Shown here: positions 61,160 to 64,000 of the stretch, one piece after another | How the letters are laid out: each line of letters opens with the position of its first letter | Position numbering within the stretch: position 1 is the stretch's first letter | Origin: Malacoraja senta | Lineage: Eukaryota | Direction of reading: 5' to 3' | Length of the DNA: 64,000 nucleotides | Assembly: GCA_038087875.1 (NCBI GenBank) | Contig: JAXLNO010000674.1 | Span: forward strand, 124,001-188,000 | Program-made: the position numbers and the translations under genes | Notes under the pieces: model-generated | The model's input: only the letters and a program-made list of their open reading frames with translations | What the model was told of the DNA's origin: nothing | Databases searched by the model: none

Positions 61160-64000
61160 GTAAGATGGAAAAATTGTGATGCACTGTTGCTAGTAAAGGT
61201 ATTGGGCTTGAAGAAATGATCGATCTCAAGTAGGATAAGGCAGCAGTTACACCTGAAATGCCTCGACAGTCACCACTGTCAACTTGCCTTTGTGCTGTTG
61301 TTAAATGTTTCTGATAATCAGATATTTAAAAATTGTGAATTCAGTGTAAAAAAATGTTATACATTATGGATTCACTGCCCCAAATCCTAGAAATATCAAT
61401 GAGTCATTAAAAAGTACAGCATGGAAGCAGTCCTTTCGGCCCACTGTGTCCATGCCAACCACCAACCACCTGTTCTCATGAATTCTATCTCATTGCACCT
61501 TCTCATCCAGTCACCCACCCACTAGGGGGCAATTTACAGTGGCCAATTAAACCATCAACTGACACATCTTAGGATGTGTGAGGAAACCGGAGCCCCTGGA
61601 GGGATCCAATTCGGTTACACGGAGAACGTGCAAACTCCACATAGATGGCACTCAAGGTCAAAATTGAACCCGGGTCTGTGTCGCTGTGAGGCAGCAGCTC
61701 TACGAGTTGTGACACTGTGCTGCTCTGTTGGGGGCTCGCACTGTTCATGATCCAAGTCAGCTATGAGGCAGCTTGGTTGCAGTTTAACATTTACTAGTTT
61801 TGTTTTAGTTTAATTTAGAGATACAGTGACGAAATAGGTCCTTAGGCCCACCGAGTCTGCGCTGACCAGCGATCCCCGCACATTAACACTATCCTATACA
61901 CGCACACCAAGCCAATTAGCCTACATACCTGTACGTCTTTGGAGTGTGGGAGGAAACCTTAGATCTCGGAGAAAACCCACGCGGTCACGGGGAGAACGTA
62001 CAAACTCTGTACAGACAGCATCAGTAGTCGGGATCGAACCCGGGTCTCCGGTGCTGCAATGTAAGGCAGCAACTCTACCGCTGCACACAGTAGCTGCCAC
62101 CAAGGCCCCTGTTGCTGGAAAACTCCAAATTAAGTGGGAATGTGAGTAGTGGGAGAAATGGTTCAAGGTGGAAAGCCGAATGAATGAGCAACAACATGAC
62201 AGGTGGACCACAATGTGAAACAGGACAGCACAGAGCCAGAGACGTGAATTAAATACCGACATCGCCTGTTGTATCTGTAGAGTTTGCATGTTGTTCCTGT
62301 GACCATGTGGGTTTCCCCAGGTGCTCTGGTTTCCTCCCACATCCCCAAAACATTGTTTGGTAGGTTAGTTGTCCCCTAGATTGTGCATGATACAATGTGG
62401 GGAGAGCTGATGAGAATGTGGGACAAATATAGGATTAGTGTACATGAATGGTTGGTGCAGGTCAGTGGGACAAAGGCCATGTTTGTATGCTGCATATTTC
62501 CATGACTCTTTATGATGTAGAAAGATGTTGACTATTTTTGATTTATAAGATTGGGAAAGACTGTGAGGGACAGTGCTAGAGTAACTCAGCAGGTCAGGCA
62601 ACATCCCTGGAGACCATGGATAAGTGACAATCTGGTTCGAGACTCTTCAGGCAAATTACAATGGGTATTCCTCCGCTTAAGTCTGACAGTAGTGTACAGA
62701 TGCACCTCAACCACTGACTTGCTCAACAAGTGCTTAAATTAGTTGACTTAAAGTATGTTTGGAGTAACATGCAGCAGTCCTTAAAATCTACCATTTCCCA
62801 AATCCCAAGAGAGCTGGATGATCAGGGTTTTAGTGTAAATTCAGTCATCTATATCACTGGTTTCTTGCCTGTGATCACACAGTTGTAAGATATATTCTGG
62901 TGATGAATTGCAGTTCACTTTCCTCCTGTGTAAAGGAGTTATTGTGTTGAATATAACAAGTGGCAGGGAAAGTCAGTGTAGGATTTAGAGTTTGTACGTA
63001 ATGCAGCATGGTAGTGCAGCTGGTAGAACTGCTGTCTCACAACGCCAGAGACCTAGGTTCAATCTGGACCTCGGGTACTGTCTACGTGGAGTTTGCACAT
63101 TCTCTTGTGACTATGTGGGCTTCCTCAGGGAGCTCCGGTTTCCTCCCATATCCCAAAGATGAGCAGGTGTGCAGGTAATCATCCTCGGTAAGTCACCCTG
63201 ATAGTGTAGGGGTGGATGGGAAATCTATTATGAATGGGTGAGTGCTGGTTAGTATGGATTTTGGTGGCACAAATGGCCTGTTTATCACTGTATCACTGTT
63301 TTCAAGAGAGAGTTAGATTTAGCTCTTAGGGCTAAGGGAGTCAAGGGATATGGGGGAAAAGCCAGATCGGAGTATTAATTTTGGATGATCAGCCATGATT
63401 GTATTGAATGGCGGTGCTGGCTCAAAGGGCCGAATAGCCTATTCCTGCACCTATTTTTTCATGTTTCTATCTTTCTATTAAATAAACTAAATTGGAAGAC
63501 AGAAGGTATTGACTGATGCATCTTCACGCCAGCTGTAAATGTCATAAACTGTGAGAATTGATTGCAAATGTTTTCAATGTTATAAACTAAACTGGGTGAT
63601 CAAAATGACAGGATGGATGAAGAACAGAGTTTTCATTGAAATAACAGACGTGCAGCTTTCTCGAGCACTTGGCCTTGGTTGTGTATAATTTCCTCTTCAA
63701 AATACAATGTTCTCAGGCATTGCTGGTCTGAGACACCATTCAGCAAGTATATTTCCTGAAATTGAGATTCTGCTTTCATGGTATCAAGATGTCTAACAGC
63801 TCCAGCACCCAGATCAGAACCTTGCCAAAACTAAGAATGCAGCAACAATTTAGTCATTGAACATCAGCGACATGCATATTTGAACTGAGGCAATGGTTAG
63901 CTTATTATCACTGTAAACCAGTCATGGTCATGGGTCTGCCATCGTGGTCACTATTAGTGAGGGTGATTAACTATCATTTAGCAGTGAAACGGAAAAGAAT

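Overview
Vertebrate genomic DNA, almost certainly from a cartilaginous fish; a skate or ray is a guess from the repeat landscape (HE1-type V-SINEs, CR1 LINEs, Penelope repeats). The only host gene I can support is a long (>58 kb) MHC class I-like gene on the + strand. Its exons are leader 2681-2753, alpha1 30143-30402, alpha2 50693-50966, alpha3 57015-57281 and TM 61052-61159, all with GT-AG phase-1 junctions. As given, alpha1 lacks 1 nt and alpha2 lacks 2 nt, so the locus reads as a pseudogene or carries assembly indels, while the leader, alpha3 and TM exons are intact. An X/X2/Y-like promoter module lies just upstream. The introns are mostly transposable elements. Intron 2 holds a five-level nested stack: V-SINE tail > Buster-type hAT > second hAT > GC-rich retroposon > full-length DIRS1-type tyrosine-recombinase retrotransposon with complete ITR/ICR ends and a Dam-like methyltransferase domain. 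Many Penelope-derived repeats carry minimal hammerhead-ribozyme motifs. CR1, L1, Rex1/Babar, L2-like, RTE and MITE copies fill the rest. All calls come from manual translation and alignment by eye; no database search was run, and repeat boundaries without target-site duplications (TSDs) are approximate.
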